Positions 1 to 9,340 of a stretch of 25,533 nt of DNA are shown here, one piece after another. The position numbers and the translations under genes are program-made. Positions within the stretch are counted from its first letter, which is position 1. Every line of letters starts with the position of its first letter. This stretch comes from a bacterium (GTDB taxonomy: Bacteria > Hinthialibacterota > Hinthialibacteria > Hinthialibacterales > Hinthialibacteraceae). The notes under the pieces are model-generated. The model was not told the DNA's origin. It did not search any database and was given only the letters and a program-made list of their open reading frames with translations. The stretch lies in assembly GCA_041946805.1 (NCBI GenBank), contig JBHGBC010000085.1:1-25533 (forward strand), read 5' to 3'.

Positions 1-120
1 TATTATTTCGACCGGCCCGAAGTGGTGGCCGATTTCGATCAGGATGGCATCTCCGATCTTATCCTGGTGGCCTTACCCGCTCAACTGGATCCAAATATCA
101 TCAGATTAGCCCAGGGTTAA
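1..120 (+). CDS. 3' end of FG-GAP/VCBS-repeat protein (partial, runs off window start)
   Basis: Frame 1 is open from base 1: YYFDRPEVVADFDQDGISDLILVALPAQLDPNIIRLAQG*. DFDQDGISDLI matches the FG-GAP D-x-D-x-D-G-x-x-D-L motif. Stop TAA at 118-120. Confidence 0.65.
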   Translation, partial: YYFDRPEVVADFDQDGISDLILVALPAQLDPNIIRLAQG

Positions 121-160
121 AACCCTGGGCTGCTGTAAAGCCGTCCCCTGAAGCGGACTC
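108..160. repeat. REP-like palindrome, CCCAGGG-type
   Basis: AGCCCAGGGTT-AA-AACCCTGGGCT hairpin (108-131) followed by an AAAGCCGTCCC tail. Related hairpins at 9294-9340, 15308-15330 and 23890-23912. Confidence 0.7.
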
Positions 161-170
161 TGATCATGTT

Positions 171-203
171 GGTGGGCTACGCTGCGCTTTGAGACCACCC
201 TAC
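171..203. repeat. GTAG/CTAC-type REP-like hairpin
   Basis: GGTGGGCTACGCTGCGCTTTGAGACCACCCTAC, an imperfect palindrome ending in CTAC. Confidence 0.55.
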
Positions 204-217
204 AGGGGTCGCTTTTT

Positions 218-245
218 CTGGATCCCCGCTTTCGCGGGGATGACA
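218..245. repeat. dRS3/RPE-like palindrome
   Basis: CTGGATCCCCGCTTTCGCGGGGATGACA with an ATCCCCGC/GCGGGGAT stem. Second copy at 11441-11464 matches 21/24 nt. Confidence 0.7.
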
Positions 246-356
246 TCCTGATCTTAACGGGATGACACCCTTTTGTTGACTCCATGATGGGTATGACAAC
301 CTTTTTCTTGACATAATAGTCTCCTTTTCTTGACGTAATGACCCCCCTCCCCTTCT
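237..356. repeat. degenerate ~22-bp tandem repeat (4-5 units)
   Basis: Units: GGGATGACATCCTGATCTTAAC (237-258), GGGATGACACCCTTTTGTTGAC (259-280), GTATGACAACCTTTTTCTTGAC (291-312), ATAATAGTCTCCTTTTCTTGAC (313-334), GTAATGACCCCC... (335-). Confidence 0.6.
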
Positions 357-358
357 GA

Positions 359-388
359 TAGACAACTCCCCGTTCTTCTTGCTACACT
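359..388 (+). promoter_or_regulatory. putative sigma70 promoter for DUF58-vWA operon
   Basis: TAGACA (359-364), 18-nt spacer, TACACT (383-388) preceded by TG (extended -10). AGGAG RBS at 422-426. Confidence 0.35.
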
Positions 389-435
389 TTTAGAACAATC
401 GCATTGATGAACTCGAAGCATAGGAGCCTGGCGCA

Positions 436-1401
436 ATGGCGGAACCGAACGGCGCGGCGGTGGAGCAAACCACCCTTGAGCAAACCACCCTTGAGCAAAC
501 CACCCTTGAGCAAACCACCCGGGAGCAGCCCCTGCTGGACGCCTCCTTTCTCCGGCGCCTCGAGCAGCTGCAGCTGTTGTCGAAGAAGATCTTCCTGGGG
601 CGGCTGAAGGGCGAGCGGCGTTCGAAAAAACGGGGGATTTCGATCGAGTTCGCCGATTACCGCGACTACGCCAAGGGCGACGACCTGCGCTTTCTGGACT
701 GGAACATCTACGGGCGGCTGGACCGGCTGTTCACCAAGTTGTTCCACGAGGAAGAAGACCTGTATCTGTACATCCTCATCGACACCAGCGCCTCGATGAA
801 CACCGGCGAGCCCAACAAATCGTGGTACGCCAAGCGGACGGCGGCCGCCCTGGCCTACATCGCCCTGGCGGGCCTGGACCGGGTGTGCCTCGTGGGCTTC
901 AACGCCGGGCGCTACCGGTGGCTGCAACCGGCGCGGGGCAAGGCGCGGATCTGGAGCATCATCGATTTTCTAGAGAACCTGCCGGTGGAGAACGAAACCC
1001 GCCTGGCGGAGAATTGCCGGCGGTTCGCGTTGCAGCAGTCGCGCGGGGGCGTGGTGGCGCTGCTCTCGGATTTGTTCGATCCCGCCGGGTATGAGGACGC
1101 CCTCAAGCACCTGTTGCAGCATCACAACGATCTCTACGTGGTGCAGATCCTGTCCCCGCAAGAAACGCGCCCGGACCTCTACGGCGCGCTGCGGCTGATC
1201 GACGTGGAGACCCGCGAGCCAGTGGAAATCTCAGTGACGGAGGAACTGCTGAACGTGTACGAGCGCCGCCTGCGGGCCTACCAGGCGGAAATCAAACAAG
1301 CGAGCAACCGGTACGGATTCCATTACCTGCCGGTGTCCACGGGCGAGCCGGTCGAGCGGCTGTTGACCCGCGCGTTCCGGCGCATGGGCTTGGTCGAGTG
1401 A
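436..1401 (+). CDS. DUF58 domain protein (MoxR-associated, vWA-like)
   Basis: GERRSKKRGISIEFADYRDYAKGDDLRFLDWN and ILIDTSASM are classic DUF58 motifs. AGGAG RBS upstream; stop overlaps the next start (GTGA). Confidence 0.92.
   Translation: MAEPNGAAVEQTTLEQTTLEQTTLEQTTREQPLLDASFLRRLEQLQLLSKKIFLGRLKGERRSKKRGISIEFADYRDYAKGDDLRFLDWNIYGRLDRLFTKLFHEEEDLYLYILIDTSASMNTGEPNKSWYAKRTAAALAYIALAGLDRVCLVGFNAGRYRWLQPARGKARIWSIIDFLENLPVENETRLAENCRRFALQQSRGGVVALLSDLFDPAGYEDALKHLLQHHNDLYVVQILSPQETRPDLYGALRLIDVETREPVEISVTEELLNVYERRLRAYQAEIKQASNRYGFHYLPVSTGEPVERLLTRAFRRMGLVE
463..519 (+). repeat. in-frame 15-bp tandem repeat encoding (EQTTL)n
   Basis: GAGCAAACCACCCTT x3 perfect plus a 12-bp partial fourth copy. 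Confidence 0.95.
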
Positions 1402-3323
1402 CGGTCATGAATTTACTAGCCCCCCTGGGATTGCTCTTCGCCTTGTTCATCCCCGCGGTGATCCTGCTCTACCTGCTCAAACTGAAGCGGATCGACACGC
1501 CCATCTCCAGCACGCTGCTCTGGCGGCGCAGCCTGGAGGACCTCAAGGCCAACACCCCGTTTCAGAAGCTGCGGCGCAACCTGCTGCTCTTTTTGCAGCT
1601 GGCGGTCATTTCGCTCCTGACCCTGGCGCTGGCCCGGCCGGTGCTCAACCTGGGCGGGCTGCGGGGGCAGAGTTTCATCGTGCTGATCGACAACTCGGCC
1701 AGCATGTCGTCCACGGACGTGAAGCCCAACCGGCTGGAGGCGGCCAAGCGCCAGGCCATCGAACTGGTGAACGACATGAGCCTGGGCGACCGCATGATGG
1801 TGGTGAGTTTCTCCAAGGGCGCGCGGGTGCTGACGCCGTTTGACCAGGACAAGGCATCCCTGCGCCGGGTGATCCAAAGCATCGCTCCCACCGACACGCC
1901 GACCGAAGTGGAGGAAGCCTTCCGGGTCGCCGCCTCGGCCGCGGAGGTGGCGGCCAATCCGGAAGTCTTCGTCTTTTCGGACGGTCAGTTCACCATCCCG
2001 CCCGACGCCCTGCCCGGCCGGATCAATCCCCGCTACCTGCCCGTGGGCGAATCGGGGGAGAACATCGGCATCGTGGACCTGGTGGTGCGCAAGGATTTCA
2101 CCCTGGAAGGGCGGTACGAGATCCTGGCGGGCATCCAGAACTTCGGTCAACAGGAACACGAAATCTACCTGGACCTGTGGGGCGAGGGCGAAGCGGCGGG
2201 GGAAATCGCCTCCCCCACGGCGGCGGAACCGGCGGAGCCGCGCACCGAACGGAAACTGATGGACTCGCGCAAATTCACCCTGGGGCCGGGCGCGGTGAAC
2301 ACGATCATCTTCAAGGACCCGGGCACGTTCCCTAGAAAAATCGAATTGCTCCTGGACAGTCCAGACGCGCTCACGGCCGACAACCAGGCCTGGGCGCTGA
2401 TCCCGCGGGAAAAAGAGATCCAGATCCTGCTGGTCACCAAGGGCAATTATTATTTGCAGCGCGTCTTGAACCTGAATTCCCAGGCGCGGTTGTTCGTGAC
2501 CACGCCGGAGGCTTTCTCGCGGCCCGAGACCTACGATCTCATCGTGTTCGATTCGTTTTCCCCGCCGGCCCTGATCGCGGGGAACTACGTCTTTATCAAC
2601 CAAATCCCGCCGTTGCCGGAGTGGTCGATCGGCGAGGAGATCCAACTGCCCGCCCTGGTGGATTGGAACCGCACCCACCCCCTGACCCGCTACTTGAACC
2701 TGGACAACCTGGTGATCAACCAATGCCGGAACATCGGTATCCCCGCGTGGGCGGAGGTGATCGCCGAGAGCCGCGAAACCCCGCTGATCGCGGCGTTCCA
2801 AGACCAGGAGATCCAGGGCGTGGTCATCGCCTTCGATATTTATGATTCCGACTGGCCGTTGCGGGTCTCCTATCCGATCTTTTTCTCCAACCTGGTCAAC
2901 TGGTTCCACGCGGAGGCGGGCATGAGCAACGGGATGAAGAAAACCGGCGAGATCCTGGTTCTGGATCCCCCCGAAGACCTGACCCGCCCGGCCACCTTGA
3001 CGCCGCCTCCGCCGCTATCGGAACAGACCTTCACCTTCACGGACGCGAATCCCCTGTACTTCGACAAAACCACCGCGCGGGGGATCTATGAATACCGGAC
3101 GGGCGCGGGGATCCGGAAACAATACGCCGTGAACCTGCTGTCACCGCAGGAATCCCAAATCGCCCCCCAGCCCAGCCTGAATCTTCAAGGGACCGAAGTG
3201 GAGGGAGAAACCGCGGCGGTGGCCACCAACCGGGAAATCTGGCGCAACCTGGCCCTCGCGGCGCTGCTGGTGCTGGTGATCGAATGGTTCGTGTACGTCA
3301 AGCGGGCGAAGTACGCGTATTGA
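1398..3323 (+). CDS. BatA N-terminal + von Willebrand factor A domain membrane protein
   Basis: N-terminal BatA-type double TM (LLYLLK...SSTLLW...LLLFLQLAVISLLTLALARP), MIDAS DNSASM ... FSDG, C-terminal TM ending LLVLVIEWF. Start GTG 1398 (coupled) or ATG 1407. Confidence 0.88.
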   Translation: MTVMNLLAPLGLLFALFIPAVILLYLLKLKRIDTPISSTLLWRRSLEDLKANTPFQKLRRNLLLFLQLAVISLLTLALARPVLNLGGLRGQSFIVLIDNSASMSSTDVKPNRLEAAKRQAIELVNDMSLGDRMMVVSFSKGARVLTPFDQDKASLRRVIQSIAPTDTPTEVEEAFRVAASAAEVAANPEVFVFSDGQFTIPPDALPGRINPRYLPVGESGENIGIVDLVVRKDFTLEGRYEILAGIQNFGQQEHEIYLDLWGEGEAAGEIASPTAAEPAEPRTERKLMDSRKFTLGPGAVNTIIFKDPGTFPRKIELLLDSPDALTADNQAWALIPREKEIQILLVTKGNYYLQRVLNLNSQARLFVTTPEAFSRPETYDLIVFDSFSPPALIAGNYVFINQIPPLPEWSIGEEIQLPALVDWNRTHPLTRYLNLDNLVINQCRNIGIPAWAEVIAESRETPLIAAFQDQEIQGVVIAFDIYDSDWPLRVSYPIFFSNLVNWFHAEAGMSNGMKKTGEILVLDPPEDLTRPATLTPPPPLSEQTFTFTDANPLYFDKTTARGIYEYRTGAGIRKQYAVNLLSPQESQIAPQPSLNLQGTEVEGETAAVATNREIWRNLALAALLVLVIEWFVYVKRAKYAY

Positions 3324-3444
3324 AGCACGGGGGGAATGTGGGTACCGTTTTTTGAAATGTGATAGAATACTCCCATGGGAAAGCACGGATATTTTCCGGA
3401 AGGGCCTTTTTTTCCAAGCCACGGGAAGAATGGGAGTGTCTGAC

Positions 3445-4083
3445 ATGACCGATAGAGGGATGAATAGCAGCCCTAAGTCCCGGGAATATTCCGGACGGGC
3501 GTTCACGTTGATCGAGCTGTTGATCGTCGTTGCCATAATCGGTGTCCTGGCGGCCATCGCCGTTCCCAATTTTCTCAACGCCCAGATCCGGGCCAAGGTG
3601 GCCCGCTGCCATTCCGACATGCAGTCGCTGAGCACGGGCTTCGAGATGTATAACCTGGACCGGGGCAGTTTTCCATATTTCGGCGACATCAATTGGTATT
3701 CCATTTTCATCTATCCCGCCATCACCACGCCCATCGCGTATATTACGTCCGTGCCCAAGGATGGATTCACCCTGAACGATTTCAAGGAGAATATTCACCG
3801 CTATGACGGCGGCCACCTGGATTGGTATCCGGGCTGGAACATCAAGGCCATGCGCGACTTCGGCTGGACCTGGGGCGGCGACCCGGTGGGCAACGCCGTC
3901 AAGGCCGGTTGCCGCATGTTGACCGTCAGCCGGGGGCCGGACAAGAAGGAGGACATCGGAGGCAGCCCGCCCACCGGGGTCATGGTTTACGATGCCTCCA
4001 ACGGCGTGAACTCCACGGGTGACATTTACCGGCTCACCCCGGGGGGCATACTCGAATCACCCCGCCGGTATGGCGGAATGTAG
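3445..4083 (+). CDS. prepilin-type N-terminal cleavage/methylation domain protein (type IV pilin/pseudopilin-like)
   Basis: GRA^FTLIELLIVVAIIGVLAAIAVPNF class III signal with Glu+5. Start most likely ATG 3445 (GGGAG upstream) or 3460, not the TTG at 3352 in the ORF track. Confidence 0.88.
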   Translation: MTDRGMNSSPKSREYSGRAFTLIELLIVVAIIGVLAAIAVPNFLNAQIRAKVARCHSDMQSLSTGFEMYNLDRGSFPYFGDINWYSIFIYPAITTPIAYITSVPKDGFTLNDFKENIHRYDGGHLDWYPGWNIKAMRDFGWTWGGDPVGNAVKAGCRMLTVSRGPDKKEDIGGSPPTGVMVYDASNGVNSTGDIYRLTPGGILESPRRYGGM

Positions 4084-4101
4084 GGATCTTTCAAGAAATA
4101 A

Positions 4102-4312
4102 GGTTCATCCGGCAAGCGCGTGCCTGCCGGGGAAGAAGGCATTCCATCCCTGCGATGATACGGGCGGACACCCTGGTCCGCCCCGGCAAAAATTCCCTCA
4201 CCCTGGCCCTCTCCCAGAGGGAGAGGGGATGAGGGGATTGATCTCCCCGGCCAGACCGGTTGAAAAGCGGCCGGCCATACTGGATAAAAAGGACGCACAT
4301 ACCGGATGAACC
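4102..4312 (+). mobile_element. 211-bp MITE-like element, copy A (complete)
   Basis: Left end GGTTCATCCGGCAAGCGCGTGCCT; reverse complement of right end GGTTCATCCGGTATGTGCGTCCT. Flanks AGAAATAA (4094-4101) and AGAAAAAA (4313-4320). No credible gene inside; homologous copies elsewhere in the window. Confidence 0.75.
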
Positions 4313-4350
4313 AGAAAAAAAGACTTCACCTTCCGGTGAAGTCCTTTTTC
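4313..4350. terminator. bidirectional rho-independent terminator
   Basis: Stem GACTTCACC (4322-4330) / GGTGAAGTC (4335-4343), loop TTCC, A-run before and T-run after, between convergent genes. Confidence 0.8.
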
Positions 4351-4379
4351 ATGCTTATGATTCCCGCGGTAGCGGGAGG

Positions 4380-5369
4380 TCACACGTAGCTGTTCAACAC
4401 CTTCATGTAGTTGGCGCGCTCGAAGGCGGCTGGTTCGGGACAGGATTTCTGGCTCAGGCTGCCCTGCATGATGTGGACGGAATCGTATTCGTTTTCCTCC
4501 ATCCAGGAACGCAGGCCGGTGAGCACCTCGGTGATTCGTCCCACCCCGTGCCGCAGCAGCGCCGAGCACATCATGGTGACGTTCGCGCCGGCCATCAGCA
4601 TCTTGGCGACATCCTCGGCCGAGTAGATGCCGGTGGTGGCCGCCAGATCGAGCGGCAGCCGCCCGTAGAGAATGGCGATCCAGCGCAGCGGCAGGCGCAT
4701 TTCCTGCGGGGTGCTGAGCAGCAGGTTGGGGACCACTTCCAGCTTCTCGATGTCGAGATCCGGCTGGTAGAAGCGGTTGAAGAGCACCAGGCCGTCCGCG
4801 CCCGCCTCCTGCAGGCGCCGCGCCATGTTGGGCAGGGACGTGAAATACGGCCCGAGTTTCACCGAGACGGGAATGCTCACGGCTTTCTTGACCGCGGACA
4901 GCACGTCCACGTAGATCCCTTCCACGTCCTGTGCGGTGAGATTGGAATCCGTGGGGATGTAGTACACGTTCAATTCGAGGGCGTCGGCGCCCGCCTGCTG
5001 CATTTTCCGGGCGATGTCGATCCATCCGCCGGTGGAGACGCCGTTCAGGCTGCCGATCACCGGAATGTCCACCGCCTCCTTGGCTTTGCGGATATGCTCG
5101 AGGTACGCGTCCGGCCCCAGGTTGAATTCATTCGGTTCGGGGAAATACGAAACCGCCTCGGCGTAGCTTTCGGTCCCCTGGATCAGGAAATGATGCATTT
5201 CCTTCTGCTCGAAAACCAGTTGTTCCTCGAAAAGCGAATACATGACCACCGCCGCCGCGCCCGCGTCTTCGAGTTTCTTGATGGTATCGATTTCACGTGA
5301 CAGGGGAGACGCCGACGGCACGATCGGGTTTTTCAAGGAAAGTCCGAGATATTGAGTCTTCAAGTCCAT
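4380..5369 (-). CDS. dihydroorotate dehydrogenase-like FMN protein (PFOR-linked DHOD-like subfamily)
   Basis: [57 protein letters not shown] and [10 protein letters not shown] are typical of the subfamily. GAGGAAAGGA RBS; directly downstream of nifJ. Confidence 0.9.
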   Translation of the reverse strand: MDLKTQYLGLSLKNPIVPSASPLSREIDTIKKLEDAGAAAVVMYSLFEEQLVFEQKEMHHFLIQGTESYAEAVSYFPEPNEFNLGPDAYLEHIRKAKEAVDIPVIGSLNGVSTGGWIDIARKMQQAGADALELNVYYIPTDSNLTAQDVEGIYVDVLSAVKKAVSIPVSVKLGPYFTSLPNMARRLQEAGADGLVLFNRFYQPDLDIEKLEVVPNLLLSTPQEMRLPLRWIAILYGRLPLDLAATTGIYSAEDVAKMLMAGANVTMMCSALLRHGVGRITEVLTGLRSWMEENEYDSVHIMQGSLSQKSCPEPAAFERANYMKVLNSYV

Positions 5370-5442
5370 GGTTGATATTCCTTTCCTCGCGTTCGCGGCA
5401 TGAATGCATCTGGCCTTTTCCTCAACATCGAAAGCCCGGCCG

Positions 5443-8400
5443 TCAGTCCGCCGGTCCGTAGGTCATGGCTTCCAACTGGCGGTAGAGATGCCACCGGCTG
5501 GTGATCTCCTTCTGCCCCAACTCGATCAGCCGCTTGGACTCTTCCGGATTGCTCTTGGTCAGCATTTTGAAGCGCGTCTGCTGGTAAGCGAAATCCTGGT
5601 ACGAAATCTTGGGATCCTTGGAATCCAGCTGCAGCGGATTCTGCCCCTGCTTGGCCAGGTCGGGATTGTAACGGAAGAGGGGCCAATGCCCACTCTCGAC
5701 CGCCGCTTTCTGGGTGTCCATGCCGGTGCGCATGTTGATCCCGTGGGCGATGCAGTGGGAGTAGGCCAGAATCAGCGAAGGCCCGTTGTACGCTTCCGCC
5801 TCCAGAAACGCCTTCACGCATTGCAGATCGTTGGCTCCCATGGCCACCTTGGCCACGAAGATGCTGCCGTAGGACATGGCGATCATGCCCAGATCCTTCT
5901 TGGCGACGGGCTTGCCGCCGGCCGCGAATTTCGCCACCGCGCCGAGGGGCGTGGCCTTCGACATCTGGCCGCCGGTGTTGGAATACACTTCCGTGTCCAG
6001 CACGAGTACGTTCACGTTCCGGCCCGACGCCAGCACGTGGTCGAGGCCGCCGTAGCCGATGTCGTAGGCCCAGCCGTCGCCGCCCACGATCCACACGCTC
6101 TTGTGCACCAGGTAATCGGCGACGCTCAGCAGGTTCTTCACATCGCTGGAGCCGTTCAGGGATCCCAGTTTGGCCTTCAGGGCGGCCACCCGGTTCCGTT
6201 GCTCCTGAAGGCCGGCTTCCGTCGATTGGCCGGCGGTGAGCAAGCCCGTGACCAGTTCGTCCCCGATCTGCGGCGCAAGCTTTTTCAGCAGCATCCGCGC
6301 GTAATCGTTCAACTTGTCCAGGGTGAGCCGGAATCCGAAGCCGAACTCGGCGTTGTCCTCGAAGAGCGAGTTGGACCACGCCGGGCCCCGCCCCTCGCGG
6401 TTCACCGTCCAGGGCGTGGTGGGCAGGTTGCCGCCGTAGATGGACGAACAGCCCGTGGCGTTGGCGATGATGGCCCGCTCGCCGAAGAGCTGGCTCAGCA
6501 GCAGCACGTACGGCGTTTCGCCGCACCCCGCGCACGCGCCGGAGAATTCGAAGAGCGGAGTGAGCAACTGCGAGCCCTTGATGGTGTTGATCTTCACCTG
6601 GCTCCGGTCCATGTCCGGAATCTCGAGGAAGAACTCGAAGTTTTCCCGCTCCTGCACCCGCAGCGGCTCCTGCGGCTTCATGTTGATGGCCTTGAGTTTG
6701 GGTTCCTGCTTGTTCTTGGCCGGGCAAATGTGAACACACGCGCCGCAGCCGGTGCAATCCTCCGGGGCCACCTGCAGGGTGAACTTCATCCCTTCGAACT
6801 CGCGTCCCCGGGCGTCCACCACCTTGAACGTGGCGGGCGCGTTCGCCGCGTACTGGGGATCGTAGATCTTGATGCGGATGGAGGCGTGCGGGCACACCAT
6901 GGCGCACTTGGCGCACTGGATGCACACGGTTTCATCCCACACGGGAATTTCCAGGGCGATGTTCCGCTTCTCCCAGCGGCTGGTGCCGGTCATGAACGTG
7001 CCGTCCACCGGGAATTTGCTGACCGGGATCTCGTCGCCCTTGCCGGCGATGATCTGGGCGGTCACTTCCTGCACGAATTGGGGAGCCTTGGGCGAAACCG
7101 TGGGGGGAATCTCGATGGTGCTGGTGGCCTGCGCGGGCACCTTCACTTCGAACAAGCCGGCCAGCGATTTATCGACGGCGTTATAATTTTGTTGGACGAT
7201 CTCATCGCCCTTGGCGCCGTAGGTCTTCTTGATCGTGTTCTTGATGGCGGCAATGGCTTCGTCCTTGGGCAGCACGCCGGAAATGGCGAAGAAGCAGGTC
7301 TGCATGATCGTGTTGATGCGCACGCCCATGCCGGTCTCCCGCGCCACCTTGTACGCGTCGATCACGTAGAACTTGATATGCTTCTGGAGGATCTGTTCCT
7401 GCACCCGGCGGGGGATTTTGTCCCACACGTCGTCCGGCCCGTAGGGGCTGTTGAGCAGGAACACCGCGCCGTCCACCGCCTTCTCGAGCATGTCGTACTT
7501 TTCCAGGAAGACGAACTGGTGGCAGCCGATGAAGTTGGCGGAGGTCAGGAGATAGGTGGAGCGGATCGGCCGCGGCCCGAACCGCAGGTGGGAGACGGTG
7601 ACCGATCCCGCCTTCTTGGAGTCGTACACAAAATACCCTTGGGCGTAGTTGGGCGTGTCCTCGCCGATAATCTTGATCGAGTTCTTGTTGGCCCCGACGG
7701 TCCCGTCCGATCCCAGGCCGAAGAACATCCCGCGCACCACGTCGTCGCCCTCGGTGCTGAAGTTCGGATCGTATTCCAGGCTGCTATGGGTCACGTCTTC
7801 CACGATGCCCACGGTGAAATGATTCTTCGGACGCTCCAGCGCGAGATTGTCGAACACGCCCTTGATCATCGCCGGCGTGAATTCCTTGGAAGACAATCCG
7901 TACCGCCCGCCCACGATGCGGGGGGCGGACGGGAAGGGCGCGTAGCCTTCCGCCAGCGCCTCGTTCACGGCGGAAATCACGTCGAGGTACAAGGGCTCGC
8001 CGGGAGCGCCCGGTTCCTTGGTGCGGTCCAGCACGCCGATCTTCTTCACGGACGGGGGCAGTTGCTGAATGAAGTGCTTCACCGAGAACGGCCGGTACAA
8101 CCGCACCTTCACCACGCCGACTTTCTCGCCCCGCGCCTGCAGGTATTCCACCGTTTCGTGCGCCGCTTCCGCGCCGGAGCCCATCAGGACGATGACCCGC
8201 TCCGCGTCGGGCGCGCCCACGTAATCGAACAAGTTATAGGAACGGCCGGTGAGCCGGGCGAATTGGTCCATCGTCTCCTGGACGATGCCCGGGCAGGCGA
8301 GGTAGTAGGGATTGACCGTCTCCCGCGCCTGGAAGAACACATCCGGATTCTGCGCCGTGCCGCGGATCACCGGATGGTCCGGCGACAAGGCCCGCGCGCG

Positions 8401-9009
8401 GTGGGCGCGCACCAGGTCGTCGTCGATCATGGCCCGCATGTCGTCTTCCGTCAGCTCTTCCACTTTTTGCACTTCATGCGACGAACGGAAGCCGTCGAAG
8501 AAATGGACGAAGGGAATCCGCGCCTTGAGGGTGGCCGCGTGCGCGATCAGGGCGATGTCCATCACTTCCTGCACGCTGGCCGACGTGATCAGACCGTAGC
8601 CGGTCGACCGGCAGCACATGACATCGCTATGATCGCCGAAGATGGACAAGGCATGCGCGGCCACGGTTCTCGCCGAAACATGGAACACCGCCGGGGTGAG
8701 TTCGCCGGCGATCTTGAACATGTTGGGGATCATGAGCAACAGGCCTTGCGACGCCGTGAACGTCGTGGTCAAGGCGCCGGTTTGCAACGCCCCGTGGACC
8801 GCGCCCGACGCGCCGCCCTCGCTCTGCATTTCCACCACTTGCGGCACGACGCCCCAGATGTTGGTGACTCCCTCGGATGACCATTGATCCGCCCACTCTC
8901 CCATGTTCGAGGATGGGGTGATGGGATAAATCGCGCAAACCTCGCTAACCTTGTGAGCGACATAGGCCGCCGCCTGGTTCCCATCGAGTGTAACCATTCT
9001 GCGTGACAT
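5443..9009 (-). CDS. nifJ: pyruvate:ferredoxin (flavodoxin) oxidoreductase, single-chain
   Basis: [26 protein letters not shown], two CxxCxxCxxxCP motifs ([24 protein letters not shown]), [11 protein letters not shown] motif [10 protein letters not shown]; 1188 aa; GGGAGG RBS. Confidence 0.97.
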   Translation of the reverse strand: MSRRMVTLDGNQAAAYVAHKVSEVCAIYPITPSSNMGEWADQWSSEGVTNIWGVVPQVVEMQSEGGASGAVHGALQTGALTTTFTASQGLLLMIPNMFKIAGELTPAVFHVSARTVAAHALSIFGDHSDVMCCRSTGYGLITSASVQEVMDIALIAHAATLKARIPFVHFFDGFRSSHEVQKVEELTEDDMRAMIDDDLVRAHRARALSPDHPVIRGTAQNPDVFFQARETVNPYYLACPGIVQETMDQFARLTGRSYNLFDYVGAPDAERVIVLMGSGAEAAHETVEYLQARGEKVGVVKVRLYRPFSVKHFIQQLPPSVKKIGVLDRTKEPGAPGEPLYLDVISAVNEALAEGYAPFPSAPRIVGGRYGLSSKEFTPAMIKGVFDNLALERPKNHFTVGIVEDVTHSSLEYDPNFSTEGDDVVRGMFFGLGSDGTVGANKNSIKIIGEDTPNYAQGYFVYDSKKAGSVTVSHLRFGPRPIRSTYLLTSANFIGCHQFVFLEKYDMLEKAVDGAVFLLNSPYGPDDVWDKIPRRVQEQILQKHIKFYVIDAYKVARETGMGVRINTIMQTCFFAISGVLPKDEAIAAIKNTIKKTYGAKGDEIVQQNYNAVDKSLAGLFEVKVPAQATSTIEIPPTVSPKAPQFVQEVTAQIIAGKGDEIPVSKFPVDGTFMTGTSRWEKRNIALEIPVWDETVCIQCAKCAMVCPHASIRIKIYDPQYAANAPATFKVVDARGREFEGMKFTLQVAPEDCTGCGACVHICPAKNKQEPKLKAINMKPQEPLRVQERENFEFFLEIPDMDRSQVKINTIKGSQLLTPLFEFSGACAGCGETPYVLLLSQLFGERAIIANATGCSSIYGGNLPTTPWTVNREGRGPAWSNSLFEDNAEFGFGFRLTLDKLNDYARMLLKKLAPQIGDELVTGLLTAGQSTEAGLQEQRNRVAALKAKLGSLNGSSDVKNLLSVADYLVHKSVWIVGGDGWAYDIGYGGLDHVLASGRNVNVLVLDTEVYSNTGGQMSKATPLGAVAKFAAGGKPVAKKDLGMIAMSYGSIFVAKVAMGANDLQCVKAFLEAEAYNGPSLILAYSHCIAHGINMRTGMDTQKAAVESGHWPLFRYNPDLAKQGQNPLQLDSKDPKISYQDFAYQQTRFKMLTKSNPEESKRLIELGQKEITSRWHLYRQLEAMTYGPAD

Positions 9010-9179
9010 TTATAAAACCTCCCAGGGTTGTCTCTCCGTTCGCTGTGGGGCCATAATGGGAGAGCATGATTCGTGTAGGTGTATTCCCACAAGAGATTAC
9101 TTATACAATTTCTTTTACTCAAGTGCGGTACAGTTGGGGGGATGCGTTTCCCGCATTCGTCCCCACGGGAAAACACATA

Positions 9180-9209
9180 AAGATATATATAATTTATCAA
9201 CATAGTCAA
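9180..9209 (-). promoter_or_regulatory. putative sigma70 promoter for nifJ
   Basis: Minus strand TTGACT (9209-9204), 18-nt spacer, TATCTT, within an AT-rich patch upstream of nifJ. Confidence 0.3.
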
Positions 9210-9254
9210 CTAAGTAAATTTTGGATCATCCGGGGAGCGAATACTGGAGACATT

Positions 9255-9340
9255 GGCCCGGAGTATAGGCCCGGAGTATAGACCCGGACTATTGGCAAGG
9301 AGTAAACTCCTGGGCTATTTGAAAGCCGTCCCCGATGAGA
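9255..9340. repeat. 13-bp tandem array merging into a REP-like hairpin
   Basis: GGCCCGGAGTATA x2, GACCCGGACTATT, GGCAAGGAGTAAA, then CTCCTGGGCTA...AAAGCCGTCCCC (same tail as the repeat at 108-160). Confidence 0.75.

Noticed and set aside
237..356. Possible CRISPR array
   Set aside because: Units are degenerate and essentially contiguous with no unique spacers, and no cas genes are present. The same applies to 9255-9306 and 463-519.
4019..4309. Small ORFs containing PHPGPLPEGEG / PLPLGEGQGEG (also 19087-19509, 21776-22051, 21813-21995)
   Set aside because: These are translations of the boxC-like repeat and the MITE, not credible genes.
4380..5369. Canonical pyrD
   Set aside because: Lacks the SCPN catalytic loop and any pyr gene context, so no symbol was assigned.
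5404..8880. 1158-aa ORF antisense to nifJ (and similar long antisense ORFs at 1416-2909, 4260-5300, 13879-15165, 22159-23622)
   Set aside because: These are mirror frames of well-supported genes. GC-rich codon usage depletes antisense stops, and the translations show no recognisable motifs.
9187..9200. FNR site upstream of nifJ
   Set aside because: Only the ATCAA half matches TTGAT-N4-ATCAA, in an AT-rich patch.
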